Below are positions 33,695-45,946 of a DNA stretch of 51,764 nt, piece after piece. The stretch comes from Halocafeteria seosinensis (lineage: Eukaryota). Within the stretch, counting starts at the first letter, position 1. Each line of letters starts with the position of its first letter. The translations under genes were made by a program, and so were the position numbers. The stretch lies in assembly GCA_001687465.1 (NCBI GenBank), contig LVLI01000031.1, positions 1-51,764 on the forward strand. The letters are read 5' to 3'. The notes beneath the pieces are model-generated. The model was not told where the DNA came from, searched no databases, and worked only from the letters and a program-made list of their open reading frames with translations.

Positions 33695-35026
33695 TTATGA
33701 CTCTATGGCTTTGGATAACTCTTCAATTTTTTTAGTGACGTCATCAATGAAATCTATCCGTGATGTTTCGTCCTGCGGAGGCCCAGACAAAAGCTCTTCC
33801 AATTCCTCGAACGCGTTTCTTACACGTTCTGCATTGAGCTTGCGTTTATGCAAGGCTATGCAGCTAGCATCCGGACTATGGCCTAGGGGAATTTCTCTAT
33901 CAGCGTAATGCTCATAGCAGCAGCATTGACAGGGACACTCTTTGATGCAATCCCGCTTATGATAGCACCGGTAGTGAGTGAAGACACGAACTCTACGAAG
34001 ATAGCGGACAGTAGCTGAATCAAATAGCCTGGGAGAATTCAGAGTGAACACAATTGGAGTCGTCTTGGTCTCTGTCTGAAGTTGTGAACCACATAACTGA
34101 GCAAGTGCGCCTCCAAGACTGTGGCCGATGCAGACAAACTGTATGCCCCGCACCTTCAGTTTATCAGCGCGCTGCTCGGATAAGTTTGCTTTCTTTTTCC
34201 AATCGGAACCAAATTGCTTACGTAAAATAGATGAAATTTCCTCCCATTCCTCTCGAAATCGTTCAATGTAGCCTGCATGAGCTGTGATACGGACAACGCT
34301 GCCTGTTTCATTTCGCACGTATGCCTGCTTCAAACGGAAACGTAGATTGGTCTGCCAATCTCGCCAGCATTGTTGGCCACAGCAACTGCACTCGGTCCCT
34401 CGAAATCTTAGGAAAACCTTGTCAAATACGCCCTCACGAAAATATTTGCTATATACGGGGTTTCTAAAGTCAGTGGCTTTGCGGATCAACACCGTCACTT
34501 TGCCAGATGTAGTATACTCCACCGGGTTATCCTTTGCCCATTTAATCATGGCTGACTTCCACGGATTGTCTAGGCGATCTCCAAGACGTCTCAATTGGGT
34601 TTCGGTGTCTTCTTCTCTGTGCCAAGAACAAAGTCTCAACACATCTTGAAGAGGTAAAATTTGGATATGGAACACATGCCGGACGAAGGATACTATAGGA
34701 TCATCGTTTCTTCCGGCTGGCCTCCATTCTCTCGGTGGTGTTTGATACCAATGTTCGAGATATTTAAACTGCGTATCTGATAGCTCGAGCAAGAGATAGA
34801 GCAGTTCGCGCCGATTGATCAATTCCCCATACATTCTGCCTTCGAGAATCAGCACGAGCATGTTGATACCTATTGCTCGGCGATACCCTTCTCTCCGCTC
34901 TGAGTCATAGTGGCGCTCCAACTCGCGATACCACCACTCGAGGTTTCCTCCATGAACGACTTCGAAGATGCTCGTGGCATCGAAGCGAGCAAGAAAATCC
35001 AAGAAGGGTGTTTCGGAGAGACTCAT
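33695..35026 (-). CDS. Class-3 lipase-like alpha/beta hydrolase, paralog 2
   Basis: FRGT, HAGY, CIGHSLGGALAQL and TLNSPR; aligns along its length with paralog 1; intronless. Confidence 0.8.
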   Translation of the reverse strand: MSLSETPFLDFLARFDATSIFEVVHGGNLEWWYRELERHYDSERREGYRRAIGINMLVLILEGRMYGELINRRELLYLLLELSDTQFKYLEHWYQTPPREWRPAGRNDDPIVSFVRHVFHIQILPLQDVLRLCSWHREEDTETQLRRLGDRLDNPWKSAMIKWAKDNPVEYTTSGKVTVLIRKATDFRNPVYSKYFREGVFDKVFLRFRGTECSCCGQQCWRDWQTNLRFRLKQAYVRNETGSVVRITAHAGYIERFREEWEEISSILRKQFGSDWKKKANLSEQRADKLKVRGIQFVCIGHSLGGALAQLCGSQLQTETKTTPIVFTLNSPRLFDSATVRYLRRVRVFTHYRCYHKRDCIKECPCQCCCYEHYADREIPLGHSPDASCIALHKRKLNAERVRNAFEELEELLSGPPQDETSRIDFIDDVTKKIEELSKAIES

Positions 35027-35687
35027 TATAATCTCGCGCCCAAAGGGCAGACAACTCAGCTACTCTCTCAGAGTACAGTGGGTATTCAGCGTTGTTGGTT
35101 CAACTTCAGTTAACCGGGTTAAGTGGAAACTCACCATCTCGGTCGATTTCTATCAGCGTATGATGCTTCTGCACTTCACAGTGCACTGCTTCATCTTCTT
35201 TTTGTCCTTATGTATCAATCCACTTAAAACTACCAATTCCATGCCCCTATTGAAGTTGTAACGTCGGTGATGGCCCACTGATGGGTGGATGCGCTTCAAG
35301 CGGCAGTTGCGATTCAACTTTTCGAATATTATACTCTTCCTCTAGGAGAAACAAACGGCCTGCAAACAGAATCAGAATCAATATTGCTGTGGTACTCTTT
35401 GCTTCTTTTTATTTCTAGCACGTATATGTCTACCCTGCTGGGTCCCTGCATCATCATTACGAAGGCAGGCTGCCTGAGGCCAGATAGAAGTTCGGTTCCA
35501 TGCGACGATAAGCTATGACAGGGACTTGTATGTGTTGGATTGTCAGTTATTTTGGAGACCTTCAGAATATTTTTATGTCTCATAGTGTAGTTCTGTAGTA
35601 GCTATCAGACTTTTCTGTGCAGCGTGGAATTTACCCCGCTTTCCTGCCGTTTTCGCTCTGTGTATTCCCTCGTTTATTAAGGTGAAA

Positions 35688-36073
35688 ATGGTACGTTCCG
35701 CGTCCGTCTTACACGATATACAGTGCTCAAAGTCTTCAATATGGGAATGGTGGCTGTTATACAGGTGTGCGTTATGTGCTTGATCCCATTTATCCCCGTG
35801 GCGATAGCAGGGGCAGCTAGCGCATGGAGCTGGTATGTGCCCATACGTTCTTTGCACGGGGGAGGATTCAAGTGTTTTATTGTTTAGTTTTCATTGCACA
35901 GGGTCCAAGAAAAGTGCTGTGGGAGACAGAAACAGGAGTACAATGCCAAAGACTTCTGCGAAGAATGTGAGCAAGATGGAACTTGTACTCTGAAGGCAGG
36001 AAACAAGACCAAGACGGACGACGATACACGGACCACATCGCCCTCCAATCAAGACCCCAAAAAGGTGGACTGA
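35688..36073 (+). CDS. Small (80 aa) membrane protein, C18orf32/UPF0729 (DUF4512)-like, 3 exons; absent from the ORF track
   Basis: Exons 35688-35690, 35765-35832 and 35902-36073 give MVCVMCLIPFIPVAIAGAASAWSWVQEKCCGRQKQ...DPKKVD. The MVCxxC start and KKxD end resemble that family. Confidence 0.6.
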
Positions 36074-36087
36074 TTGGGAAAGGCTCT

Positions 36088-37765
36088 CTATGTTAGCTTG
36101 GATCGAATGGCGTGCACGGCTTTGGAAGGATGCTGCCCCAAGGAACCAATATCCCTTGCTTTTCTTCGATGAGTTGATGGCGGCTTAGGATCGGGAGGTG
36201 GTTGAATAGTACCTTCCTGCTCGGGAGAAGAAGCACCAGTCTCAGTTATTTCGTTTTGTGGGGTTCTTGCTTTCTGGCTTGAGGCAACAGCTTCTCCAGA
36301 TGCAGAGGAGACTGCCTCTTCATGCTCGGCGTGTGATGTTGTGTGCGGCTCTGTTCCACCACTTGTTTCGATGTACCACGACCACCATGCTGCTCACATA
36401 ATTCCAATTACGATAGACACAATATAGCACCAGGGAAAATCAAGCAGATCGGCTAGCGCGGAAGCTTACCTTCGTGCTCCTCCGTTCCAAGCTTCAGTAC
36501 TCGCGTCTGCGGATGTGTCGGCCAAATCCACTGAGAATACCCGGTTTCGAAATGAACGTAGTAGCACATTGAATATACAGGATCCCATGTTTCTAGCCAA
36601 ACATTCCAAGATGAGTCTTTTTCGTCGTCGATAAATAAATGGATGTCTCCAAGGTCGACTGTTGACACCCATACTACTTGATTCATCGAAACATCCCATA
36701 CCGGAACAGCTGGGTGGGTTTGAGGGAGATGAACCAAAGTTGCCTGCATTGATCTTGCGCAAATTGCTCCACATGGAAGGGACCTCAGAGAAACATCAGT
36801 CACGTAGCGAATGCCACTTACCTTGGTGATAGTGTCGAAGAAGTATGTTTTCTTGGTTTTGCTATTCCACAATCGCATATACTGGATATCTTGGAAAGTT
36901 TTGTCCTCCCCCGCTTGATAATCGTTTTCAGCGAGAGAATCGCCAGGCGTTCGTGGGTCATTGATACCTGCTAACTTCCTCATTGCTGGAGATTCTGCTT
37001 CTCGCGAAGTCTCGAACATGGCCTTCTGTTTTGTTGCCAGTTGCCCTGATAGGCTCGGAGGAGGCGATTTTGGCTTGAATCGTTCTAATTCTTGCTTTGT
37101 TATTAATCTAGATTTACAAGGTGTGAGGGTATTCTGAGGAATCTTGTAAGTTCCTCGAGCTTCTGAAATTCGGCGGACCCATTCGGAAGCCTGCTAGAGG
37201 GACAACAATATGAGTGATCGTAAGACTACGTGCATAGTACTCCCACTTACTTCTTTTTCATCTGTGGCATGAAGTACCATTATTCTTCCCGGAATCGTCA
37301 GGGCAAAAGAGCCTGGAGGAGCATCCCCAATGTCCGGCAGTTCCTGGTTGGCATCGGGTAGGTTGCCTCCTTTGACCACTTTGTTGAGAGGAATGCCCGT
37401 GGGAATTGGGTCCACTCGTTCGATATCCGATGTTCGGATACTGTTCATCGATAAGGAGAACTAGGTTTTGTCGAGTGATGAAGCCGAAGTCAAACAATAA
37501 CTTACATCTTCCGTGGCCTCTGACTGGAAGCTCTGCTGAAATATACGATATAATCTTCATGAAATGCAAAATATCGCTTGTTCCATGCATTTCGAAACTT
37601 GGCCAGCAGAGAATTGTGGACCAGATTCGATTTTAATTTGTACAAGTAGCCACTTAGTTTCTCATTAGGAGCATCCTCATTGCTGGACACACTCTGAGGG
37701 CTACTCAGATAACCTCGTCTGTCGTTTGCGGGTGGCGTGGAAAACCCGCCTGGTGAAGAGTCCAT
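36088..37765 (-). CDS. PH-domain + WW-like domain protein, multi-exon
   Basis: LSGYLYK..AWNKRYF..YF; FALTIPGRIMVLHA..ASEWVRRI (PH); WLETWDPVYSMCYYVHFETGYSQWIWP (WW). The last exon ends with TAG at 36090-36088. Confidence 0.75.
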
Positions 37766-38011
37766 TTCATTCTATACTACAACCATTGATTGAACTAGAA
37801 TTGAGAGGAAGAGACATTAACAAAGACTCTCTGGGATACCCTATCTATATCTGTGGTCCGTTGGGTCGGCACTGCTGACTTCAAACAGCCGTTTACAGAT
37901 TTCTCATTTTAATTCAAGTACGAATCGACAAATTATATACGGTAGGAGTGGCATAGACTAGATCATGAAAGAGTGCAGATGTCGCATGCAACTAAGAGAT
38001 TCTAGCTGTCC

Positions 38012-39317
38012 TTATTCTCCTCTTATAGAACTATCAAGAGAGACACCAGGATGGAACACCTTTCCTGACTGCTTGCGCTTGTCAGATCGTGTTTTCGGGC
38101 GAGCACTACTCTCCTTCCTCTGGGGTTCATTGCTTTCACTAGTGTGACCCTGATTGGAGGTATGGATTGCCTGTTGTGAAGGGGCTTGAGCTTCAGGTTG
38201 GTTTTCACCAGAGGATGACGCTTCCTGCTGCGAGTCTTCCTCTTGGTCCTCGAATTGACCAGCTCGGGCAGCAATCTTGCTCTGGATAGCAATCGCAGTT
38301 TTCTCATCTCCTTGAGCAGCCGCAAGTTCCGATAAATTATATTCCACTGCAATGGTCTCTGGGTGATCTTCTCCAAACAGTTTCTTTCTCAAGTCCAGTG
38401 CTTGCTGATAAAATTCCTGTGCATCGTCAAACCGTTCCATATCTTTGAGGAGAAGCCCGTAGCTATTCAATACTGTTGCAAATGCCCGATGCTCAACCCC
38501 TGGCTTTTCTCTAAGTACCTCTAGTGCTTTCCTCATGTATTCCTCTGCTTCCTTGTATCTTCGTTGCAACCGGAGCACTCCACCAATGTGTTGCTTTGTC
38601 ACCGCTACCACGGGCGATCCCTCGTGGAAAACACTCTGCCGTATCTGGAGCGCCCTCTGTAGGTAGTCGCACGCCGTATCTAATAAACCACTTCGTTCCA
38701 GGCCAGATTTTGTTTCAGCCATTCTCCTGTATAAGAGGCCGGCATTGGCCACGGCTGCGCCGGTGGATTCGTGGTTTTCGCCGTGTAAGTCCCTGTATAA
38801 GGTTATGGCTTCTTCGTAGTGCTCGATGGCATTATCGAACTCTCCACGCTCCTTATAGGCCAAAGCTATGTTATTAGTACAGGCTGCGTATACGGCATGC
38901 TTCCGTCCAAAATGGTCCTGGACCAAGTTACGGCTCAATTGGGCCTTTTTCAGAGCATTATCGAAGTCATTGTTATGCAATGCCGACCTCACTTCGTCAT
39001 GAAGCTGCACAAAAACATTGTAAATACACCATATGACGAGATAGAGCTCTGGGAAAGGCACATACAGTAGCTATTTGTTGTTCGATCTCCATGTATTGCT
39101 CCTGCGTTTCCTGATGAGGGTTCATTGACGGCTCCTGCTGCCTCCTATCACTGTTCTTACTACTATCAACTGTTATTCCACTTATCTGAGAAGATCTGCA
39201 CGTAGTATGGAAACTAGACGAGCTCTGTAAAGGCTGACCGGGGCGTGCATGGCGCTGTGGAAGCAGCACCACGGGCCGCTGCACAAGTGTTTTCACTGTA
39301 TTAATCGATCTCCTCAT
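38012..39317 (-). CDS. Kinesin-light-chain-type TPR protein, likely mitochondrial presequence, 2 exons
   Basis: Intron 39065-39005 is phase 0. Repeated A..NN.ALAY..RGEFDNAIEHYEEAITL..LHGENH and ATVLNSYGLLL..ALDLRKKLFGEDHPET units. Confidence 0.85.
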
Positions 39318-39723
39318 TATACGACTACTCTCATACTTTTACATACATAAGACCAACAAGATGGAAATACAACCCAAGTAAAACGGGGAAAACTGCAGTG
39401 AAGTGAGTCTATTCTTTGGTCAGACATTGGTAGTGGCGGTTGTGAACTGAGGATGCCATCAACCACCACGACCAATGCTTCAGGAGGATAGAAATGAAAT
39501 ACCCATGTGACTCTGACACGAAATGTTTCCCTGGATTTGGTCAAAGACGTTCATGGATGCCGAGGACCTAAGTTCACTCTGACTATAGTCTCTTAGTTGA
39601 TCAGTTTTATCTTACCACTAATTGGTGTGCTGGACTCCCGATATGGAGGCTCCTTAATTTGACCAGTATGCAGTACACGAATCCATGAACTCCTAATAGC
39701 TAATTAGCATTGGTGTTTACTCC

Positions 39724-42101
39724 TCAGTCCACTTTGATTGATGAGTAAATCTTTCGGACGAACCAGAGTGAAGAAAGAAATCCCACACTACCAGTCAATA
39801 AGAAAAATGCCCAGGCGGCGGCAGCCATGTATCCAAAGTACATCATTCCTCCTGTGAAAACATCAATCTCGAGCTTCGAGAAGAAATAGAGTATGGAGTA
39901 AAGGAATAGGTAGGCAGCCGATGAGCCAGGGGTCAAAAAGCTCCTCCACCACCAGTTGTAGTCTTCGCTGCAAAGCTGGAAGTACGTCATCACGATGGAA
40001 ATTTCAGCACATGTGACCAACAGAATCACCAGTACCAAGAACAAGAAGCCGAATACGTAGTATACTTGATGAAGCCAGATACTGCTCATGATAAAAAATA
40101 GCTCAATGAAAACTGCTCCAAATGGTAAAACACCACCGACAAAGATGGACGGCAACGGCTTCAAGTACCAAGGCTGCTCAGGCACTTGTCTTGGTATCTG
40201 GTTGACTCGCACGGGCGCCTTGACTTCCTCTTTTTTGAATCCAAAGTAAGAACCGAGGAACACAAGAGGAGTACTGATTCCGAACCATAAGACGAGAAGA
40301 GCAAGCATAGTACCAAAAGGCACGGCTGACGTGCTGCCAGATCCCCACACGAAAAAGTTCATGAAAAAGGCAATCCCAAAAACAGTCCCCGGGAAGGCGG
40401 TAGCCGTCAGTAGGGTGTTACGCTTCCAGGCTTTACCCTTGAACATCTTGAAAATCCTAGAAGACATATACCCTGCGACACTTCCCATGAACACAAACAG
40501 CAATATCATTGCTGTAAGGAGGCCACCGCGATTAGCAGGAGAAAGGAAGCCGAGGACAGCAAAAATCATCAGCGCAGCCGTCATAGCAAGAATCTGGAAA
40601 CCCGATCCAACGAAGACCGAAAGCAACATGGGACCAAAGGTGCCACTTGGAGGACGGAAAACATCCCCGTGGACCAACTTCCAGCCCGTCTCTTCTTGTG
40701 CCTCTTCGGCTGTCTCTTCATTGTACTTCGCGATATCCCGGTACAATGCTCGGATAAGGATCATTGCGATGATACCCTGTATTCACGCAATATAAATCAC
40801 CCATTGTTGTAGTCAGACTACTTAGGACCATCTCATAATGAATAATCAACTTACCGTCAAGAAAACGACGATGATTAGAGAGTTAATGATCGAGAACCAG
40901 TGAATGTCCTCTTCCCCAGAGGTTCCTTGAAGATACAAGTCCCAACGATGGCTCCAAGGGATGTCACTTTCCTCCCAGACAACATCGTACGTGAAGATTA
41001 CATCGCCTCCCTCATCAATACGCTGAGGCTCCATATCTCGCGATACCTTCTTTTGGTCATTGCAGGTAGCCAGTTTCTTCTTATCCTTGTCTTCATACTT
41101 GTGCTTAACACTGTATGGTTCTACCTCGAAACCCACAATACGCGATCCTTGGTAATGCTCGGGTTCATCGTGGTACTTGATGACAAAGTGGATATGGTTG
41201 AAGAGATAGTATAGCACATTTCCCTTCTCGTCCAAAGCACTGTATCCTAGAGGGAAGCCCCTCTCATATTGGAATTGTTGGGGGTCGTCCACACGGTACA
41301 GCTTGACAGCTGCCGGTAAATTGTCGAGAATCCTGTATCATGAAGACCCAAGGAGGCAAAGTTATGCTGTGCAAAATTGAATAGTGTGAATCCGCGTTAA
41401 CTTACCAGTCAACAGTGTATTCCTCCTTGATGAATTTGGCAAACTTTTTACCGTCATCTTTGGAATAAGACTTTTCGCAGAGGATTTTGCAATACTCATT
41501 GTATCGCATAAAAAGCTGTTCATATACAAAATCGGCCGACAAGACATTTTAATTTCCGTGTGGTAGCAAAGTCGTGCTCAAGGATTCAAGCTTCATACCT
41601 GGTATAATGAGGTTTGGATCCTATCACCCATCAAAATCTCCCCAATGTTCTCTCCCAGAGGCTTCGGGTTTTTGGGCTGGCAGAAGGGTAGTTCATAGTA
41701 CCTATATGGAAGCTGAGCTTTGGTACTGGTGAGCTTATTCACGTATAATTCCACCTGCAATATAAGCAAGGTCGAAGGACGTTTTTCAAGGGGCCAGAAA
41801 ACAGCAAAAAGCATGAGGGTTCGCCAGCAGGGGAGACCCGAGGGGACCCGAAGGAGTTGGGCAAAGCCGGTCTTGCTTTCACAGTAACCTCCAAAGTCAG
41901 TCGCCGTTTGCAAGGCTCAGCTCCCTTGTCTCACCTATTCTCATGCACGACTGCAAAGCCACAGGATCCAAGAAATGAACGCACCTTGTCCTGGTATTGG
42001 AACTCTCGAGGAGCCACTCCTGGCAGATAAAAAGCAGCATCTGCGACGTTGTGGAGCAGGAAAAGCGCACCAAAGAGCAAAGTCGCGCGAGCAGAGATCA
42101 T
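39724..42101 (-). CDS. TM9SF: Transmembrane 9 superfamily (EMP70/TM9SF2/4-type), 5 exons
   Basis: Signal peptide + FYLPGVAP; LYVNKLTSTKAQLPYRYY..PFC; LDNLP; IHWFSIINS; EETGWKLVHGDVFRPP; WWWRSF; ends IYSSIKVD. Exons 42101-41985, 41754-41599, 41515-41406, 41332-40855 and 40776-39724. Confidence 0.96.
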
Positions 42102-42840
42102 TTCTCCGCTTATACACAGTCAACCAAGCAATTCCCTCAGGTAGATAGAGCAACTAAGAAGGGCTATGAATTAACGGAGGCTCGGTCAACCTACCCCAAA
42201 AAGTATCATACATCTCTTTAGCTAATCTCGACCTTCGGCGATATCCAATCCGGGCTTTCCGCCCGGACTGCCGGAATTTGGCCCGGCCGGATTTCAATCT
42301 TGCTGATTGCACTGTATTGCAGCGTGGTACCCATGGTAGGTGGCTGGAGACTCAGTGCATTAGAGTGCCATCTCACCTCTGCGATAGGACGGTTCTCCCT
42401 GGTTCCGTGTCATGTGTGTACGCGTGGTAATGAAGAGCTTTGTGAAGATGGCTGTACGTGGTTAATGGAACCTGAGGCAGGGGCGGGCATGGCGCGGCTG
42501 AGGTCGGATCCAAAGGGCGGTCGTGCACCTCATGTTGTAGAAACACAAGAAACACTGGAAGAAAGTTCAAAAGTCAAATTGAAGCACTTTCCTTATATGT
42601 TCACTCCTACTGAAATTCCGGACCATTAGTCGTTTTTCCTTCCTACTTCTTCGCGAAGGCATGGTAACCAGCGTGGAAATCTGAATCATCTGTGGCGTGC
42701 TTGCCAGCGAACATCTTATCCGGAAAGCAAATGTATGCATTCATCCGTGTTCATCGGTTCTGTAATGGACACCACGAATAGCGTCGTGTATGCGCTTGTT
42801 ATGAGACATGAGGCGGTAAAGTGATCCACATGGTCACCAA

Positions 42841-43250
42841 CGCCAGATCCAGGATCACAAGAATGGCGAAGCCCCGTGCCGCAAGGATAAGCTCATCCCG
42901 CTCTTCGAGAGGGCACGGTTCCACCTTAAGAACCTACCAATGGTGAGGAGCGCAGAGATTAGGTTCATACGCAGGGCTTCAAACTCGGCTGCCGACCGCT
43001 TGGCTAAGACCGCGTCAAACAACCCAGTGGGTAATGGTTCCTCCTGCTTAGACTGGCCGCCTAGAGCTACGCACACGGTAGACGATGTCGAGAATTTTAT
43101 CGACTTCAGGCTCCACGACAAGCGGACCCTCGCCCACTGGAAGGGATACCCAGAGGCAGCACGGACGTGGGAACCGGTTTCGTGGCTTCAGAAGGACCTG
43201 GGTAGCCGCACCTTCTTCGATCTCGAGCAGGAGATGTACTTCAATCTGGG
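42841..43250 (+). pseudogene. Retroelement fragment: RNase HI C-half fused in frame to a chromodomain
   Basis: KNGEAPCRKDKLIPLFERARFHL..IRFIRRASNSAADRLAKTA (RNase HI), then VENFIDFR..TLAHWKGYPEAARTWEPVSWL (chromodomain). Confidence 0.75.
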
Positions 43251-43799
43251 TTATGTTGACGAAACTGAGGTGGATGGAACTCTTGGGGAGCCACCTCCCG
43301 CGTCAGGTGGTGGCTTGTCATTGGTCACAACTGTAGCGTCGGGAACAACACTTAATCCTGCCTGTGCTGCTGCAACCGGTCTTGGTGTCGGCGTCGCTGT
43401 GGCAGGCTCAGGGTCTTCTCCTGCCAGACTGAGCCTTGACGGGCGCAGGCATGGTTCCTCCTCCGATGCCTCCTGAGCAAAACCGGTGTTGTGTTCCCTC
43501 ACGGCGCATGTCAGCAAGGCTGCAGGAACAGCGGGCCCATCGCTGATTAACACAGGGAACACGTTTCGGACCATACATTCGTTTATATACATGTATATAT
43601 AGCACATAGGTAAGCATACGTACCATGAGAGTTTGCACTGTATCTGGCGAACGACGAAAATGTGACTGATGGCAGTTACACACATTCAAATGTGACAGAT
43701 ACCCTACCGGCTGGGGAGTTGACCGCATCCTCTTAACGAGGAGCGGTATGCGCCTCCATCTACTGAAGAAACCTCCTAAGATTACTATGTACATTATGA

Positions 43800-44347
43800 T
43801 ATGGAAACCCATGATTGCCCCGTAAGGCTCGTACACCCGCGAAACGAAGCAGAGGCGAGGCCAGTAGTGGACCTGGTAGCAAAGGGCCCAACGAGCACAC
43901 TGTACGTCGACGAGACAGTGCCAAGCCCGCTCACGGGAGACAGACTAGCCAGGACATCGGGAAGACCCCTCACCATCGCGGCAGAAGCGGAGAAGATGAA
44001 GCGGATAAAATACGGGCACCTGAGGGACCGCCGAACGGAAATTATCCCGTTCGCGATAGACGGCGACGGGCGGCTTCGGGAAAGACGCGATCAAGTTCCT
44101 CAAGAGAATTGCAAGGAAAGCACCGGTCTCCCGCTGGGGAACAAGGGAGATGCGGAACTTCCGGGACGGCCAAACTGTCAGTCGCGTTGATGCGCCACAA
44201 CGTGAAGACTGTCACATATATATGTGTATGTGTACGTGAAGATGTTGGACCGGTTCCGGGTAGGGTCCACCCCTCACATGGCGTAGCGTACCCTGTAGCA
44301 GACACGTCTTCAAGACTATCCCGGAGGAGCAAAACCAATAAACACAA
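43800..44347 (+). mobile_element. CRE-like RLE endonuclease fragment with probable 3' end
   Basis: VVDLVA..LYVDETVPSPL..AAEAEKMKRIKYGHL..IIPFAID/(frameshift)ATGGFGKDAIKFLKRI..KLSVALMRHN, closely similar to fragment A. AATAAACACAA at 44337-44347 resembles the tail of fragment B. Confidence 0.75.
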
Positions 44348-44375
44348 GGCAATTGGAAAGATACTGGTAGACCAG

Positions 44376-45185
44376 TCAAATCGCATCAGTTTCTTGTATT
44401 TGCAATGGTTGCTGAAGCAATGCTTGGTACTCATCCGTGTCGTCGGGAGCTTGACCGCAACATGGGGATACGTATGCTCTGCAAAAACGTAATCCTGGCC
44501 CCCAAGTTGCTGAAGCTAGTATTAGTTTAGTAGATGAATGAATCATCGTCAGCATACCCAAGCAGTACCACAAGATACCATGGGTATAGCTCTCTAACGT
44601 TACACCAGATGATATAGCAAATGTAGCCGTAATAGCCGAAAATTCAAAACTGGTTCCAAAGAAGGCGATCATCATCAACTTTGATGGCCTTTGGGAGCGG
44701 GTGCGCTGCGAGCAACCTACTTTACAATACAATACAAGAGTGGCAAATCCAGCGAACACTGAAAGAATTTCCAAAGTCTGCATTGCTTTCAGTTTTCCTT
44801 TTATTGAGCTGTAAACTTGAAGTCCACTGACACTTCGGCAATCAAAATAATCACCATTTTTGCAGGACTTCCACAAACCAAATGTTGTATCGTCAAGAGA
44901 ATCATCATAGAAGTCGTCAAAATAATCATCATAGACATCGTTGGAGTCGTCATCCCAAAAATCGTCGTCATCCAGGTATAGGGAGCGGCCCATGTAGTAT
45001 GGATAATCGTCATCATTTGCGAGGAAAGTCGTGAACCAGGCGGGTATAGCCATGAAAGCAATGTTCAAGCCTAAAACGAAGACGGCCACGAAACATAGTC
45101 GTCGAACATTGGTTTTGAAGCACCAATCTCGACAGTCATAACCACATAGAAGTGGCGGGCCAAAATATCCAAATAATATCAGCAT
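44376..45185 (-). CDS. PMP22/claudin-superfamily four-TM protein with Asp-rich first loop
   Basis: AIPAW..FGLWKSC..DC..LKAMQTLEILSVFAG pattern, hydrophobic helices, and the insert DDDDFWDDDSNDVYDDYFDDFYDDSLDD. Confidence 0.7.
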   Translation of the reverse strand: MLILFGYFGPPLLCGYDCRDWCFKTNVRRLCFVAVFVLGLNIAFMAIPAWFTTFLANDDDYPYYMGRSLYLDDDDFWDDDSNDVYDDYFDDFYDDSLDDTTFGLWKSCKNGDYFDCRSVSGLQVYSSIKGKLKAMQTLEILSVFAGFATLVLYCKVGCSQRTRSQRPSKLMMIAFFGTSFEFSAITATFAISSGVTLESYTHGILWYCLGMLTMIHSSTKLILASATWGPGLRFCRAYVSPCCGQAPDDTDEYQALLQQPLQIQETDAI

Positions 45186-45946
45186 CGTGCGGACAAGGAC
45201 CTCGCCGGTGGGCTACGTATCTGTCACATGTGTGTGTGGATATTGTTATTGAATGAACACGCCACAACTTGTGTATAAGGACTTCATATCCAGTCAACAC
45301 CGTACAAAACAAATAAAAATTACATCGTAGGTAGGCACGGCACGAAGCAGAAGACGCGAGGCCCTGCAGTTCAGCCAACGGCAGTTGGTTGTTTGGAGCG
45401 AGCCCGGGGAGAAGCTCGCGGGCAGACCCGACAGGACGCGAAGTCCAACGAGGAAGTCGGCGTACGCCGCACTACAAGAGCCTTATGGTTGGGCACGCCC
45501 AGTCGTCGAAAGACGCCGATAACGAGCAACTGTGAAGTCATCGAAAATATGTACAATGCTAGTAAAATCGCGGGTTAGACCCATAACCGTGTTGGAACTC
45601 CAGTGGGGGGAGGGAGCCAAAGGGGGCCGGAACCGGCATGGAACTCCAAAATCCCGCATGGAACGCCAATCCTCCCTCTGTGAAGACCCGACCAGTAACG
45701 GGCTTAGGGCACTGTGGTTACTGCATGTACTCATGATAGAATAAACGCGAGTACATACAGACCAGTGCGAACCAAGTTACATAACGATCACTGCAGCGAC
45801 CCGTAATAAGGCTGCAAATCATGCTATGTGGTTCAACCGCGTAGTTAAACTATAGATAGAGGTGACAACACCTCGTCCCATGTAGTTAGTGAACTTACAT
45901 CGGACATAAATTTTCACAACACAAAAATTTTCACAACCCCTATATA

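Noticed and set aside
42240..42300. CCGG-rich imperfect palindrome upstream of TM9SF
   Set aside because: No partner repeat or RNA-gene signature; may be a promoter element but cannot be supported.
45580..45670. GGAAC(T/G)CCA repeated three times, considered as CRISPR-like
   Set aside because: Repeats are too short and irregular, with no cas genes, in a eukaryotic context.
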